Shown here piece by piece: positions 45,943-58,778 of a stretch of DNA of 64,000 nucleotides; the first letter of the stretch is position 1, and each line of letters opens with the position of its first letter. The position numbers and the translations under genes are program-made. The notes under the pieces were generated by a model that made no database searches, was not told where the DNA came from, and saw only the letters and a program-made list of their open reading frames with translations. The stretch is from Lophium mytilinum. Taxonomy: Eukaryota. The stretch spans positions 620,001 through 684,000 of the forward strand of contig MU004200.1 of NCBI GenBank assembly GCA_010093605.1. The letters are read 5' to 3'.

Positions 45943-46399
45943 GGTAAGAGACATGAATTCCGTGAGTTTCGCCGGCACGTGGATGGCTTGGACCAGGTGG
46001 CACACTAACGCCTATTGGCATGGCGTAGTGTCTTGGCGCAGCATGGCACAGGGGTCTTGCATCAGCGGTAAAGTATTTGTTGTATTGTATTCTGCGCTAA
46101 TCTTCCCCTTCCCGACTGTGGCACTCATTGTCTTTGTGCCGCTCGTGCATTGTCGCCCGGCTCTGCCTGCGTCTCGCCTCGAGTGCCTGGAAGCGAGACC
46201 TCTTCCATCAACATCATGTATAGAGAGATCTTGGGACACCAACACGGTCGTTTTTGCCCCGTTCGAGGGCGAATCCTTCCAACCCCCGCCTTAGGCGGCA
46301 TCAGCTGAGATAAGCCGGCCTAGCGTTTCAGAATCGACATTATATGTGCAAGTCGCCCTGCCTAGAACATCAACCGTCCTACCTCAGACCTTCTTCAAC

Positions 46400-48091
46400 A
46401 TGGGTTTACTACTATTCTTGCCGCCAGCTGTGGCAGCAGTTTTCGCAATCTACTGTGTCGTTGTATACGTACGACAGGCAGCGAAAGCGAAATCTTTCGG
46501 TTGCCAACCCGCACCACTCTTCCGACCTTGGGATGTATTAGGCGTACAGAACTTCAAGATTGAGATGAATGGAATGAAGACCAACCGCTTATCGTATGCC
46601 TTCCTAGATCGCAAGAAAGAAATGAGCGCAAAGGTGGGACGAGACTGCAAAACATTTCGAATATACTACCCACCGGGAGAGACGTGGTACTACACCTTCG
46701 ACCCGAAGAACCTGCAGGCTGTGCTAGCGACCCAGTTTCAAGATTTCCAGCAGCCAGCGGCTAGAGTGGGAGCGTTCGAGCCGCTTCTAGGTCTCGGTAT
46801 TGTACGTTTTGCGACTTGAAAAACATACGCAGAGAGCTGATTCCAACAGTTCTCAGCGAACGGAGCTAAATGGGAACACTCTCGCGCTCTTCTAAGACCG
46901 CAATTCATGCGTGAACAAATAGCTGATTTGGAGCTCTTCGAGTCACATGTCAAAGATCTCTTCGGTGCCCTCCCGGATGCCGTGGAGCCTGGTGACTGGA
47001 CCCCGACTTTCAATATGCAGCCGCTATTAGAGCGTTTTACAATGGACACTGCCACGGAATTTCTCTTTGGCGAAAGCGTGCACAGCCAGAAACATGACAG
47101 TACAGATACGAGTACTTTGTTCTCTAAGAAGGAGATGATGCAGTTCGTAGAGGCCTTCTTCACAGCAGAGAAGACAACGGCGAAATCTATGATATACGGC
47201 GATCTGTTCTGGCTAACGCACAATCGCAAGTTCAAGGAACAGTGTAAAACTGTTCATAACTTCGTCGATACCTATGTCTTGCGCCATTTGAGGGACGGTA
47301 GCTCGAATAAAAAGCCGGGGGCAGGAAAGTACGTCGTTCTGGATGCTATTGTCGCCGGCGTGAAGGATCCGCAGGAGCTCCGCTCCCAGTTGTTGAACAT
47401 CCTTTTGGCAGGCAGCGACACCATCTCGGGAACTCTCGGCTTTCTTTTGGCCTCATTGGCACAATATCCTCACATTTTCAAGAAGCTTCGCAACATCATC
47501 ATAGCCGAATTTGGATCCATCGATCGACCGAAGCAGATAACGCTCAGCGGGCTCAAGAACTGTTCATACCTTCAATGGTGCTTGAACGAAGTTCTTCGAG
47601 TCTACCCTTCGGTTCCTGTCAACTTTCGTGAGGCCGTTAGGGACACGACACTGCCCGTGGGCGGCGGCTCCGATGGGACGTCACCAGTGTTCATACCCAA
47701 AGGTTACCTTGTTGCCTGGGAGGTACGTCTTCGCGTCTTGTCATCAATATTGTGCCTCTGGCTTCTCCTCAGTGCTGACATCTCTTCCGTGTAGCTTTGG
47801 ACAATACACTCAGACCCCGAACTTTGGGGCCCGGATGCTGACCGCTTCAATCCAGAACGATGGGAGGGGCGAAAATTTGGATACAACTACCTCCCATTCA
47901 ACGCTGGCCCTCGAATATGTATCGGACAGCAATTCGCCCTTGCTGAGATTGCCTACGTCACAGTCAGGCTTCTGCAAAAGTTTGACTCCATTGATGGACC
48001 AGCCTTGCCAGAAGGACGACTGCCCTGTGATTGGAAACTGGTAGATAAAGTACTCGGGGGCGTGAACATAAAGCTTCACAAGGCAAAATAA
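46400..48091 (+). CDS. Cytochrome P450 of the CYP52 clan (alkane/fatty-acid hydroxylase-like); introns 46802-46849 and 47723-47794
   Basis: DPKNLQAVLATQFQDF, GIFSANGAKWEHSRALLRPQF, LLAGSDT, EVLR, TTLPVGGG, PERW and the heme motif PFNAGPRICIGQQFA. Confidence 0.95.
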
Positions 48092-48434
48092 CCGTTCGCG
48101 ATGACATCATCGACTGATCTTTGCCAGTTGAAGATCTGCCTTCGGAAACAGTAGAAAATAACTTAGCTAAGCGGTCTACAACGGACTCCCGGGTTACTGT
48201 ATTCAACGCACGGAGGGACAACGAAACGCACTGCACAATGTCTGGTCAGAAAGTCTGTACGCTGTCTTGCCGACGTCATGTTACTTTTAAGATATTCTCA
48301 ATAATCAGCCTAAACCTAACACAATAGAGACGCAAGGAATTAAGTAAAAGGATAGGCTAGATAGCTATAGGTGTAGGTTAGGCCTACTTAATGAAACAAG
48401 AGCGAGCTATCTAAACTCGACAGCCTTCTTTCCC

Positions 48435-48968
48435 TCACTCCACCCGATTCAGCGCCCCGGTCTTGATATCAAACACAAATCCCACACATCTATCCGCCAG
48501 CTCCTTCCGAATAAGGGCAGAGCCCTTGAGAAAGCTGAGGTTCTCCCTTACGCTATCCTCGAGGGAGGTAGTGATATTGCCAAAAGACATTGCGTCCACC
48601 TCTGTGGCATGATCTGGGACCCTCTGCTTGATAGTCTCGCGGATGGTGTCGTCGCGGAAAATAGTTGCGCCGCAATCCGTGTGTTTGACGACGATGATGT
48701 CTTCTAGGGTCACCAGGTTGTCGATAGCGAGAAGGCCTGGGAGAGCGGAGGCAGTGCTTCCGCCTGGGTTGCGGAAAATGATAACTTCACCAAGGTTGAG
48801 ATGGAGGAAATCCTCGGGGTTGCATCGCGTATCGGCGCAGGTGACGACGGCGATGTGAGGGAGCTTCCCCGCTGCTCCTATTTCGGCAAAGGTTGGAATT
48901 GGTCGGTGTTGGTGGATGCCATTCGCATGTCGGTCCAGCAGAGCTTGTACGGTCAATGGGGCGGTCAT
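48435..48968 (-). CDS. Beta-class carbonic anhydrase (short, clade-D-like)
   Basis: Zn-ligand motifs VVTCADTR and KHTDCG, plus RNPGG and GFVFDIKTG. 177 aa, intronless. Confidence 0.93.
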   Translation of the reverse strand: MTAPLTVQALLDRHANGIHQHRPIPTFAEIGAAGKLPHIAVVTCADTRCNPEDFLHLNLGEVIIFRNPGGSTASALPGLLAIDNLVTLEDIIVVKHTDCGATIFRDDTIRETIKQRVPDHATEVDAMSFGNITTSLEDSVRENLSFLKGSALIRKELADRCVGFVFDIKTGALNRVE

Positions 48969-49829
48969 GATGTTGAGGCGGATCGTCGAAAGTTGGTTGA
49001 TAGAGATTCAAGATGGGTAGTAGATGTAATGAAGCTGACTTTTGGTGCAACTGACTTTTGGTGCAAGTGTTGGCTATGATGTGATGTTGTTTGTGAGTGA
49101 GATGAGATGAGATGTTTATACTGGTCTTGAGGACTTCTTACTTATACCGTAACATATCAACTTGCCACAGGACGGTAGTCTTGTCGACGTAGAGCGCTAT
49201 GTAGTATGCACATTCCGAATCTGGAAGTTCAACACTTGTATTTCAAAGAACGGGTCAAAGAGCCTGACGGACGTACATCGGGGCTGGTGATAGGTGAGTT
49301 GCATTGAATAATCAGCGAAGCCTCTCTACGTGACGTTGAGTTCTTCACATACAGGCCGAAAGAGCGCTAGTGTGCAGCTTCCCAAAGTGTATTAGAGTGC
49401 AGCCTCCCAAAGCGTGTTAGTGCGCACATCCCGAAAAGGGCTATTCGAGGCGAGTTGATTTGGAACCGCGTCCTCTCACCACTCACGAACCATCAATCCT
49501 CATCGGCTCCAGCGCTAGCTTAGTAGTAAGGCTACTGATTACATAGCAGTTTCAAAGATGACATGCAGTACCGCCCAGGCCCACCGGCAGATCCGTTCAT
49601 CAGCCATCGCCATGTCCCAAAAATGGCTCCAGTAGGCGTAGAAAGAAAAGCTACGAGGGCCACCGCACAGCCACTTATGTGAGCGGGCACACTGAAGTCT
49701 GAAGAGAGCTAGGACTACAGGACGTGCGTGCCGCGTCGTCAGGCTAATACAATCTCTCGAACACTCTTTAGGAAGCTGCACACTTAAGATTCCTCAACGT
49801 CACTACAGCCCCTGGGTCGTCGAATCACA

Positions 49830-51499
49830 ATGGCAGTGCAACCAGTGATTGTTAGTTTTACTTTCGTGAACCAAACAGGTTCGTCTGTGGTGGCTAAACC
49901 AGATGAAGAAGACCTTGCCATAATCAAGAGCGTAAGTGCCTCTCGCAATTCTGTAGTCCCATCTCTCGCTCCGTCTCTTTCCGGGGCCATGTCTCCTTGT
50001 CAAGCACCTTTACGTTAAGCACCTTTCTACAATCGTGTGCTACCTCCTTTATTGACGGTATGGTACCGGCAATAGCATGCAATGCGAGCTGTCCATCGTC
50101 AGCGACGCGCTTCGCCACGGAAACCCACACGAACTCACAAGCTTGCAGCACCACTCGCGACCGACTGGGAGGACCTCGCCCTCTGCAAATTCTTCGGTGA
50201 CTTTGTCTTCCCAAAGGAGAATGCTGGTGGCAACGCCTTTCGATATCTCGACTTCCTCCCCAGCATCTACGAACGTGATGCCAAGCAATCGCATCTCACC
50301 GACGCCGTGCTTGCTGTGGCGTTGATCCATTTCGCGAACCAGAAGAGAGTTGAGGGTCTCAATATGCGCGCGCGCCGATCGTATGCCCGCTCATTGAACC
50401 TCGTAAACCGATCGCTTGCCAACCCGATAGAGAAGGGGAGCGATGAGGTGCTGGCAACCTTGTGTCTGCTAGCCAAGTACGAGGTACGTTATCCATACCG
50501 ATACTTAATCTTCCCTTTCTCCCTCTTGTCCAGGCACTGCCATGACTCTTCTAATGATGAGACATACAGATCATCAGCGGCGATGAAACGGGGCTTTGGA
50601 GGTCACACGAGAAGGGCCAGGCAGCCCTGATCAACCATCGTGGCAAAGCACAACTGCAGACAGAGGCTGGCTTGGGCCTGTTTCGGCTCATTTGGATCCG
50701 GCAACAACTCAATTGCATCGCACAGTCAGCGACCCCGCCCGAACGACCTACTTTCAACTGGGACTTGGCTTTTCCGTCACCACATCTCAAGCAGCTGATG
50801 CTACTAGTTTCACGTCTCGTGCTAGTCCGCTCCCAAGCCCACGAGTTGTTCGCAGATGGATCCGAGGCGATCGCAGAAGAAAAGACGACAGCGGAGCTTC
50901 AGTGGGCGCACGAGGTACAGTCGATTGACGAGGACATGCTTAGCTTTAGGCAGTCGCTTCCACCCGAACTACATCACTGGTCCGCTGCCAGCTGCGTAGT
51001 CATACCCGAGGAGGCACGTCGGGCCCGCGAAGCAGCGGAGTATTTGCCCATGCACCTCAATATTTTCTACAATCTCCATCATGCTAGCATTTGGCACATC
51101 TACACTTATTGCCAGATATATCTGCTTCAGAGCATGATCCAGCATACCTCTCCTCTCTGTAATTGCGGAGATGACATGCCACAGCAAGTCGAAGAGTCAT
51201 CATCGATGTTCACCACCACGGTGATCCCGAGCATATGTCTGCACCTCCGCTTGCAGCAGGCGATAGACGACGTCTGCGCGAGTGTACCCTTCCTCCTGGG
51301 CTGGTCCGATGATGCACGATTTCTCAATACAGCGGGACGAGGTCGAGGGATTGCTTGCCACTACATCATTTGGGTACTGGCCGCTGCTTTATCCGTGCGT
51401 GAGGTTCTAGTTCCCGAAGCCCAGCGAGAATGGATTCGGGCTCGATTGATTGAAGTCGGCTTTCTACATGGCATCAGGCATGCTTTAGTTTTTGCGTAA
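49830..51499 (+). CDS. Fungal-specific transcription-factor-domain protein with no visible Zn2Cys6 cluster; introns 49932-50075 and 50484-50569
   Basis: N-terminal FTFVNQ...IIKS|HAMRAVHRQRR, then ARRSYARSL, LCLLAKYE|IISG, SHEKGQAALINHRG and DDVCASVPFLLG. Confidence 0.75.
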
Positions 51500-51860
51500 C
51501 AGTCTTGCTAGGAGTTCAATTCAGATGTGCTACTCTCGCCCCAATAGTCGCCTTGGGCGGGAAGGATATAAGCAGCACCCTCGCAAGCGTAAGTCCTGAG
51601 TTCCGTGGAGTACGATAATGAATTGCATATAAATGGACGGGAGCATAGATGCATGGTAACGCTGCAAGGCAGGAGCTCAGGGCAGTAGGATAGCCTGGCA
51701 CGACCCTTGGTAGGCACTGTGCTCGTTGGTCTGAGGGGCAAAACTGAAACGTCTGCGCAGTCCGCATCCTGTCTCTTTAGATCCAGTCTTGATTCTCTTT
51801 TTATTCTTACCCTTGTGTCCCTCATATTCTATCCTCACCTTACAGCAATCATCCTTTCGC

Positions 51861-53317
51861 ATGACTATGGCCTCCATCAGCTTTCTCCAAAATTTCCTAG
51901 GATATCTCAGCAAGTGGCAGTGCCTGTCGACTCTAGTCGTCGGTGGCTACCTACTCCTTGTCCGCACTCTTCGATACAGACGACGAGATAGCGTTGCGGC
52001 CAGATTCAGGTATCCTGATCGTGAATCCTGGGCACGGATGACGCTCTCTGATGCTCATGCAATTCAACTCTCGTTGGCGGAATTGGAGTTTCCCCAAGTT
52101 TTTTGCATATCGGTCTTCTTTGCGCTATTCAAGGTAGCATACCATGCTCCTAAAGTCATGCTTTCTTTAACGTTCTCTTAGACGTACGGTATCCCGACAA
52201 TCTCTGGCCTCCTGGTAGCAACTGGACAGCTTTCAAGGCCAACTACAGCATCAAAACGCGCTGCAGATACCGGAGTCATCATCACCGAGGTCGTCTTAAA
52301 TAAGCCAGATTCGTCACGGACTATCGATGGCATAGCACGTATGAATTACTTACATGGAAGGTACGTAAGTCCTTGACGAACTTCACAAAGATGGGCGACG
52401 ATGTATTTGGTCTTTCCCTACATCCTTCCTCTCGTTCAACATCTGCTAACGTGTGCTGGCCCCTCTGAAGGCACATAAAGGCTGGCAAAATCTCCAATGA
52501 TGACATGCTATACACTTTGAGTCTTTTCGTTTTAGAACCTATTAGATGGACTTCAAGATTCGAATGGCGACATATAACAGACTTAGAGAGATGCGCAATG
52601 GGTGTTTACTGGAAGGATTTGGGCGAAGCTATGAATATCTCTTACGAATCCCTAGCTTCTAGTGAATGGGAGAATGGCTTCCGTTGGCTTGAAGAGCTGG
52701 AAGACTGGAGCCTTGCGTATGAGATGCAAAAGATGGTTCCTGACGATGCAAATGCGAGGCTCGCCCGGGCTACTTTCGATATAGCGTTGTTTAACCTACC
52801 GACATCGCTCAAGCCGCTTGGCTACAAGCTTGCGTCCTCCCTACTAGAGCCACGACTCCTAAAAGCCATGAAGTAAGCCGACTTTTCTTTGCCCTAGAGA
52901 AAACTACTAACAGTGTTCTTAAGATTAGGAGAACCTCCAGCTTTGTACGTAGGCACGTTGAATGCGATTGTGGGCGTCCGGAAGTTCGTCCTGCGCCACT
53001 TCTTCCTTCCGCGACCATATTTCAAGCGCGTCAAGTGGTTTTCGGAGCCCGATCTATACACTGGTTGCTCTCATTTCATGAGGTATACTGCTCATCCTTG
53101 GTATATCAAGCCATCGCTTTCAGCAAGGTGGGGATGGAAGGCTTGGCTGATATGGCTTGCTGGCGGCGTTCTTCCTGGCGACGAGAAGTACTTTCCTGGC
53201 GGCTATCAAATATGTACGCTAGGACCTACAGCACTTGTAAGCAAAGGTGGAGCAGAGATGGAAAAGACTCGTGAAGTGTTGAAGGCCAAGAGAGCTGGAT
53301 GTCACTTTTATAGATAG
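51861..53317 (+). CDS. ER-bound oxygenase MpaB/DUF2236-like protein; introns 52134-52181, 52361-52470 and 52873-52923
   Basis: LEFP...FALFK|TYGIPTIS, SKRAADT, IARMNYLH, KISNDDMLYTLSLF and EWR...ERCAMGVYWKDLGEAMNI. Confidence 0.9.
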
Positions 53318-54044
53318 CTAGGTAGTCCCATCATCGAATAAGGATCCCTCCACTCGGATGAAAATGAGGACGTTCCAAGTGTACGGTTACGGTGTACACC
53401 ACCCATGCCGCCGCACCAGCCACCCAGCTACCCTTCACTGGCTTAGTCACTAATGTTCGCACGATCTCCCAAGCTGCCCGGGCACCTGGCTGCCAAGGCG
53501 GACGTTCTGCAAGGTTGTCTCGTGGCACTACTACAGTAGCTCAGCGCTTATATTCCACCCTCCTCTCCGCACGTTTTCCTTTCAAAGTCTTCTATCGACC
53601 TGTTCAATCTAGTCCCCTATGCTCAACTGTAGCCTTCCTTATCTGCAAGTTTAAAGAAGGTCCAAAGCGTCTGACCTTTGCATTCTAATCCATTGCCTGT
53701 CCTCTATCAGAGCGCTCGCCACTGGGAGAAGGCGTAGATCCAACGATTTACCGCGCGCCTCATGCATGGCTCCCAAACCAGAAATCGTCGCCCTTTTGGG
53801 TTTAGCGAGGCTATTTCAAGACATGCCTGAGGTAGACATGTTACAGAGTTGCTGTGCCGCAACCAACTCAAAGGCCGAATCTCCCGCCACATGTATGTAT
53901 AGGTAGACATGTCTGTCGCCATGCAGGCGGCTGTGCCCTCTCATGCCTCTCCCCTTGCGACAGCGTCCATAGTCTCCAACCTTTTATCGTTTCTCTCTCT
54001 ATCCTAGCACCTCTCCCTCGATCCCAGCATCCTTACGCGCCAGA

Positions 54045-55025
54045 ATGGGTAGCAGTGCCTGCTACTTCCCCGACGGTAGCAACACCAATGCGGCGTTTGT
54101 ACCATGTAACCAAACCGCCATCGAAGAGGGCAAGCACACTTCGTGCTGTGCGCCCGGCGATATGTGCTTCACCAACGGCATTTGCAAAGCCAACAACCCA
54201 AACCAGCTAAACTGGAATTGGCGCGATGCTTGCACGGATCCAACGTGGAAGGATCCCGCGTGTCCGAATTACTGCAAAGGAACCAGTGCGTGATACGTCC
54301 ATACCAGCCGAAATCACGGTCAAAGCCAATGCTGACATTGAATTGGTGGTTCAGATCCAAGTGGAGCCCACGTCATCTTCCAATGCCAGGAAGAGGATCT
54401 CTGGTGTTGCGCCTTCGACGACCCACCCACTGGCCACTACAACTTCACCTGCTGTACACTGGACCAATATGCCTTTCGAGCCGGCAAAGCAGTGTTCTAC
54501 ACCACAGCCCAGTTGAACCTCGGCATCGAAACCCTGACCAGTGTCTCCTCCGCCTCGTCTTTCTCCACCGCCACACTCTTCGTTTCATCAACTACGAGCG
54601 CTGCATCGCAGTCAACCGCTTCATCACGTTCCATCGCTTCATCGACCGCAACAGCAGCAGCGACCGAGAACGTCCTATCTCCGAGCGCTACAGCGGCTGC
54701 AAGCTCCAAGCCCCCAACTCTGACAATCGGTCTCGGCGTGGGCATACCCGTCGCAATTATCTTCTTTGCGGTTGCGTGCTTCCTCTTCTGGCGCCTAGGC
54801 AAACGCGCTCATGCCAGAGAGGAGCTTCCTACTAAGGAGTTCGTGCCTGAGGTATACTCGCTGCCGGCGCATTCAGCCACAGAGCCGGAGGTAACGCGGG
54901 TGGAGATCGGTGGCGACATGTTGAAAGCCGAGCTAGCACATCCACGCTCACCTGTAGAGCTCGAAGGGCCGAGATGGACGCCGCGTCCGCCGTCGAAGAG
55001 GGGCGCGCATGACAACTTTTTTTGA
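54045..55025 (+). CDS. Cys-rich, Ser/Thr-stalked single-pass membrane protein (cell-wall-sensor-like); intron 54286-54354
   Basis: CYFPDG...CCAPGDMCFTNGIC...CTDPTWKDPACPNYC...WCC, a S/T stalk, TM IGLGVGIPVAIIFFAVACFLFW and a tail with AEL/VEL motifs. Confidence 0.85.
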
Positions 55026-55190
55026 GGCGAACAAAAACGGCAAAGATTCCCTTATCGCGGTCCAGCGCTCTCTCTTTATTTTCTACTATTTTCAAGTAGT
55101 TGATATGGCGTTGTGCTGCATAGGAGGCTTGTGGTAGAATTTGTGTAAATATACGACCCCTCGTAGTAATCAGAATATGGAGAATACCTC

Positions 55191-58018
55191 TCACACAATC
55201 GGCACGCTCAAACTCCAGTCAAACTGGCAGTTCAAGTCCGCCGCAAACATATCGGCCACCCCTCCTCCCGCACCTGCTCCTCCGCTGCCTCCCATACTCT
55301 CCATCAACCCATCCCCGCCCCAAAACAGCATCTCTTGGTTCGCGGCCACCTCATCATACGGCTTCTCGAAGTCCTTGAACAGATCCAGTAGATTCTGACT
55401 AACCCCCTCATCCATCTGTAAATCACTAATACCATCCGCGGAGTTGATAGGGAAAGAGGGGAGGGACGGGTTGTGCTCCTGCTTCAGTTTCTCAATCACG
55501 GAAGACGCGACTTGGATCGCGGCGTCCAGCCTATGCAGCATGAGAGCCGCGATGCCGAACCCAGGCGAGATATCGCGCAGGATGGAGAGAGCTTTGGCGA
55601 AGGCGCGGATGGCTTCGTCGCGGGCTAGGGCTGATATCTGATTCTGAGAGTTCTGGGTGCTGTTGGTGGAACCTCCGCTGTTCTTGTTGGTGGTAGATCC
55701 GGTGACGGCGCAGGAACCAGGCTTGTTCTCCTGCACAATCACGCAGATCAGAGGGATGATTGCGGCGGTTAGGAACATGGCGGCTGAAAAACGGAACATG
55801 TGCGCGTGCTGGTTCGAAGAGCGATACGCGTCGACCGCGTCGGTGGTCGAGGCTGCGATCCAGATGCTTTCTTCCGCCATTTTGCGCGAGCAGGTGAGGG
55901 TTACGAGGGCGCGGTGGCGCATTACCAGGCGGAGGTGGTTCGTATGCTTCGGCTTTGTCAGTAGGGGATTCTAGAAAACACGACTGGGGAGTTCGTCTTA
56001 CAAGATGCGAAAGACACATGTGTCGTTTGATGTAGCGTGGTATGTCGCTCCTTTGCCCAGGCTGCAGCGCGCTGGGGTCCCATTGCATCATCTGCGGGAG
56101 AGAGCAGATGGAGTAGAGAATCTCGGTGTCAAGCGAAGTGATGAGCTCCTCGCTCGCGGGCTTTGGAGAGTTTGGGGTGAACATGGCGTCCCATATCGTA
56201 GAGCAAAGCTGGGACCATTTCATGCACGACTCTAGGTAAGGGATGAATGAAAAGTTAGGGCTCTCTTCCGGCAACGAACGATTTGGGTATAAGTATCTAT
56301 CGCCGACTCGTGCGGGAAATTCGACACTGAAGTCAGACTCGCGAAGCAGATATGGCATATTCGCTCCCAACGCAATCCCACGATCCATATAGAACAGCGA
56401 CCAGAATATTCGCTGCCTCATCGTCTTTTCGAAAGGAGTGATGTTGGACCATCGTGGCTCGTTGTGGAGGCCAGTGTAGAAGCAGATCTGGACGGCCTTG
56501 CACATCGTGTCGTATGCTGACCTGATTCTCTGGATAGTGCTGAGATACCGGGCTTTAATCATCAGACACTGTATGATTTGCATGTTGCCTCTGCTTAGCC
56601 ACGAGACGCGGCTCAGGATCCGATCCGCATAGCAGAACTCTGGCCACCCTGGAATTGCGCTCTCAGCTGGGGAGTGCTCGCTCAGCAGCATCGATTCCGC
56701 GTAGATAAGGTTGGCTAAGACGACGAAGAGGTCCTTGGATCGAGGATCGCCCTCGTTGCCGCCTGTGACTAAGTGGTTCTCGAACTGGAGCCTGAATTGA
56801 TTCTCGTTGATAAAAGGGAGGTTCGCATTGATATTCGTAAACCACAGATCGAACGCTCGTCGCAGCCTGGCCACATTACTGATCCTAGCGTTCGTATCCG
56901 GACTCGTGACATTGGTTCTTGAAGAAGGCGACACGACATCAATATCCCCTAGCGAGACATGATTCTCCGACTGCCTCCTATTTACTTTTCTCCCAGGACT
57001 TTTTCCGGCTGATGGTTTCGTCTGGAGAGTGCCATCCAACGCATCGATAGTCTGCGACAAGGAAGTATGCAGCTCCGTTTCATGACTTGGGTCCAGTGTA
57101 TTCCCACTCTCTGATTCCCCAGTAGGCGAGAGAATTGTGGCTCCATTATCAGTGGTCGCAGGTGTATTCTGAGAGGCTTGCGATGATGCAAAGACCTTCC
57201 TCTTGAGGATGTTCTGCTCGCGCTCCACGGCATTCAACCGTTCTCCCATCTCATGCATCAGTTTTATCAGTCGCTGGGTTTCTGCACGGCTCGTGTCGAA
57301 TGTTTGGCTCATTGACGCCGCTGAAGTGAATTGCGTCAGATATAGTTTCCCAAAGATCATAGAGAGAGACTACCTCTACTAAGTGCCAACAGCGGATCCT
57401 CCGACATCTGCTGATTGGAAGTGAACATCGTCGTCCCACTTGGCTGCAGACTCGTCTCTGCAATGCTTGCCCTCCTATCTCGATTTGACACCTCCGGGGT
57501 CCTTGGTGTTAGAAATGATGGTTCGCCAGACATAAACTGTGAAGGTGACCCGAAGAGCTGTGGATCCCTCGGGGACAAGGGCAGAAAACAAGTGCTGGAG
57601 TCTTCCTGTTGCTGATGTTCATTCCCAGAAGCCTGCTGTGTCTCCATTTGCGTCGACTCCGTGATCGTAGGTATCGAGTGTACTCTAGGAGGCAGACTTG
57701 CTCCTAATGGCGGTCTCGTATGCGTCCTATGCCCTCTCCTAGAGGCCACATACTCGCATGCTTCGTCTGCAAGTCGACATCTCTCACAAGGCCGCTCTTC
57801 AGAACACTGCTTACATCAGAACAGTTCTCATGCTTCAAGAGCTCGGAGATGGCATACCTTGACTTTGCGCACTCGACAGTTGAGACTATCATCATGAGCC
57901 CAACGCTGGAGTAGTTAGACCGGTTTACTTGCCATGCTCTCGAAACATATCGCCTTCGTGTGCCATGCGGTAGTCGCGGTGGCTCCATTCCACCAGAGTT
58001 GGAGGGCGTCGAACTCAT
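55191..58018 (-). CDS. Zn(II)2Cys6 transcription factor with Fungal_trans domain (about four introns, the first a GC-AG at 57886-57932)
   Basis: Spliced RRRYVSRA-CLNCRVRKVK-CSEERPCERCRLADEAC. Middle domain GLHNEP...EKTMRQRIFWSLFYMDR. Confidence 0.9.
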
Positions 58019-58778
58019 CGCAACGCGCGCCGTTGCAACGCAATCGCCTCAGGACTATTCCCTCAGCCTCAAAGTCTGCCATTGTCATCAGTCAGGCACC
58101 TCAATACTCTCATTGAAGAGTAATTTCGATTAAATTGTCTTCCGCGCGCAAGAAATTAACTTCACTTACGTATTTGCTCTCCCGGATTCCCGGATCTCAC
58201 CGGCCTCACCGGCGACCCCTTCAACACTATCTCAACGCCTCAGCTTTCTTTTGAGTTTCACAAGGCGGATTGTTCTAATGGTAGACTGGTCGGTTTTCAA
58301 GAACGTCATTCAGAACGCAAGAATAGATTAAAGGAAGAACGATACCCAGAAATTGGAGACGTGCAGATGTAATATGCATTTCCGGATTCCGGGGCGAAAA
58401 CGAAAAGAACCCCGCTCCTCGGTGATCTTCTCCACACTTGGGCGTCGATGAACGTTCTCCGCAATCCGCTAGCTGGATGGGGTGTAGCGAAGGTTGGGGT
58501 AGAACATCGTTGCGTTCGTTCTGTGGAGGAGAGGGTTGAGCTGTGCATATTACTGTGGTTGAGTTTGACATGATTTGACTGGGGCGATCACATGACCCTA
58601 ACGCAGCTATATAATAGGTAGACAGAGCAACTCCTGCAGCAAGGTAATATTTCATATTTCTCCTACATGAACAAATCTAGATTCTGACGTATCAGAATGC
58701 TGATTTCAGAACAGGAGGCACTCTCCAAATCAAGATACTCTCTACACATCTAAGCTCTAGGTATCCCAACGAACCCCC

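Noticed and set aside
23000..46000. Starship-type giant transposon as an explanation for the island
   Set aside because: No tyrosine-recombinase captain, DUF3723 or other hallmark gene, and no boundary repeats were recognised in the window.
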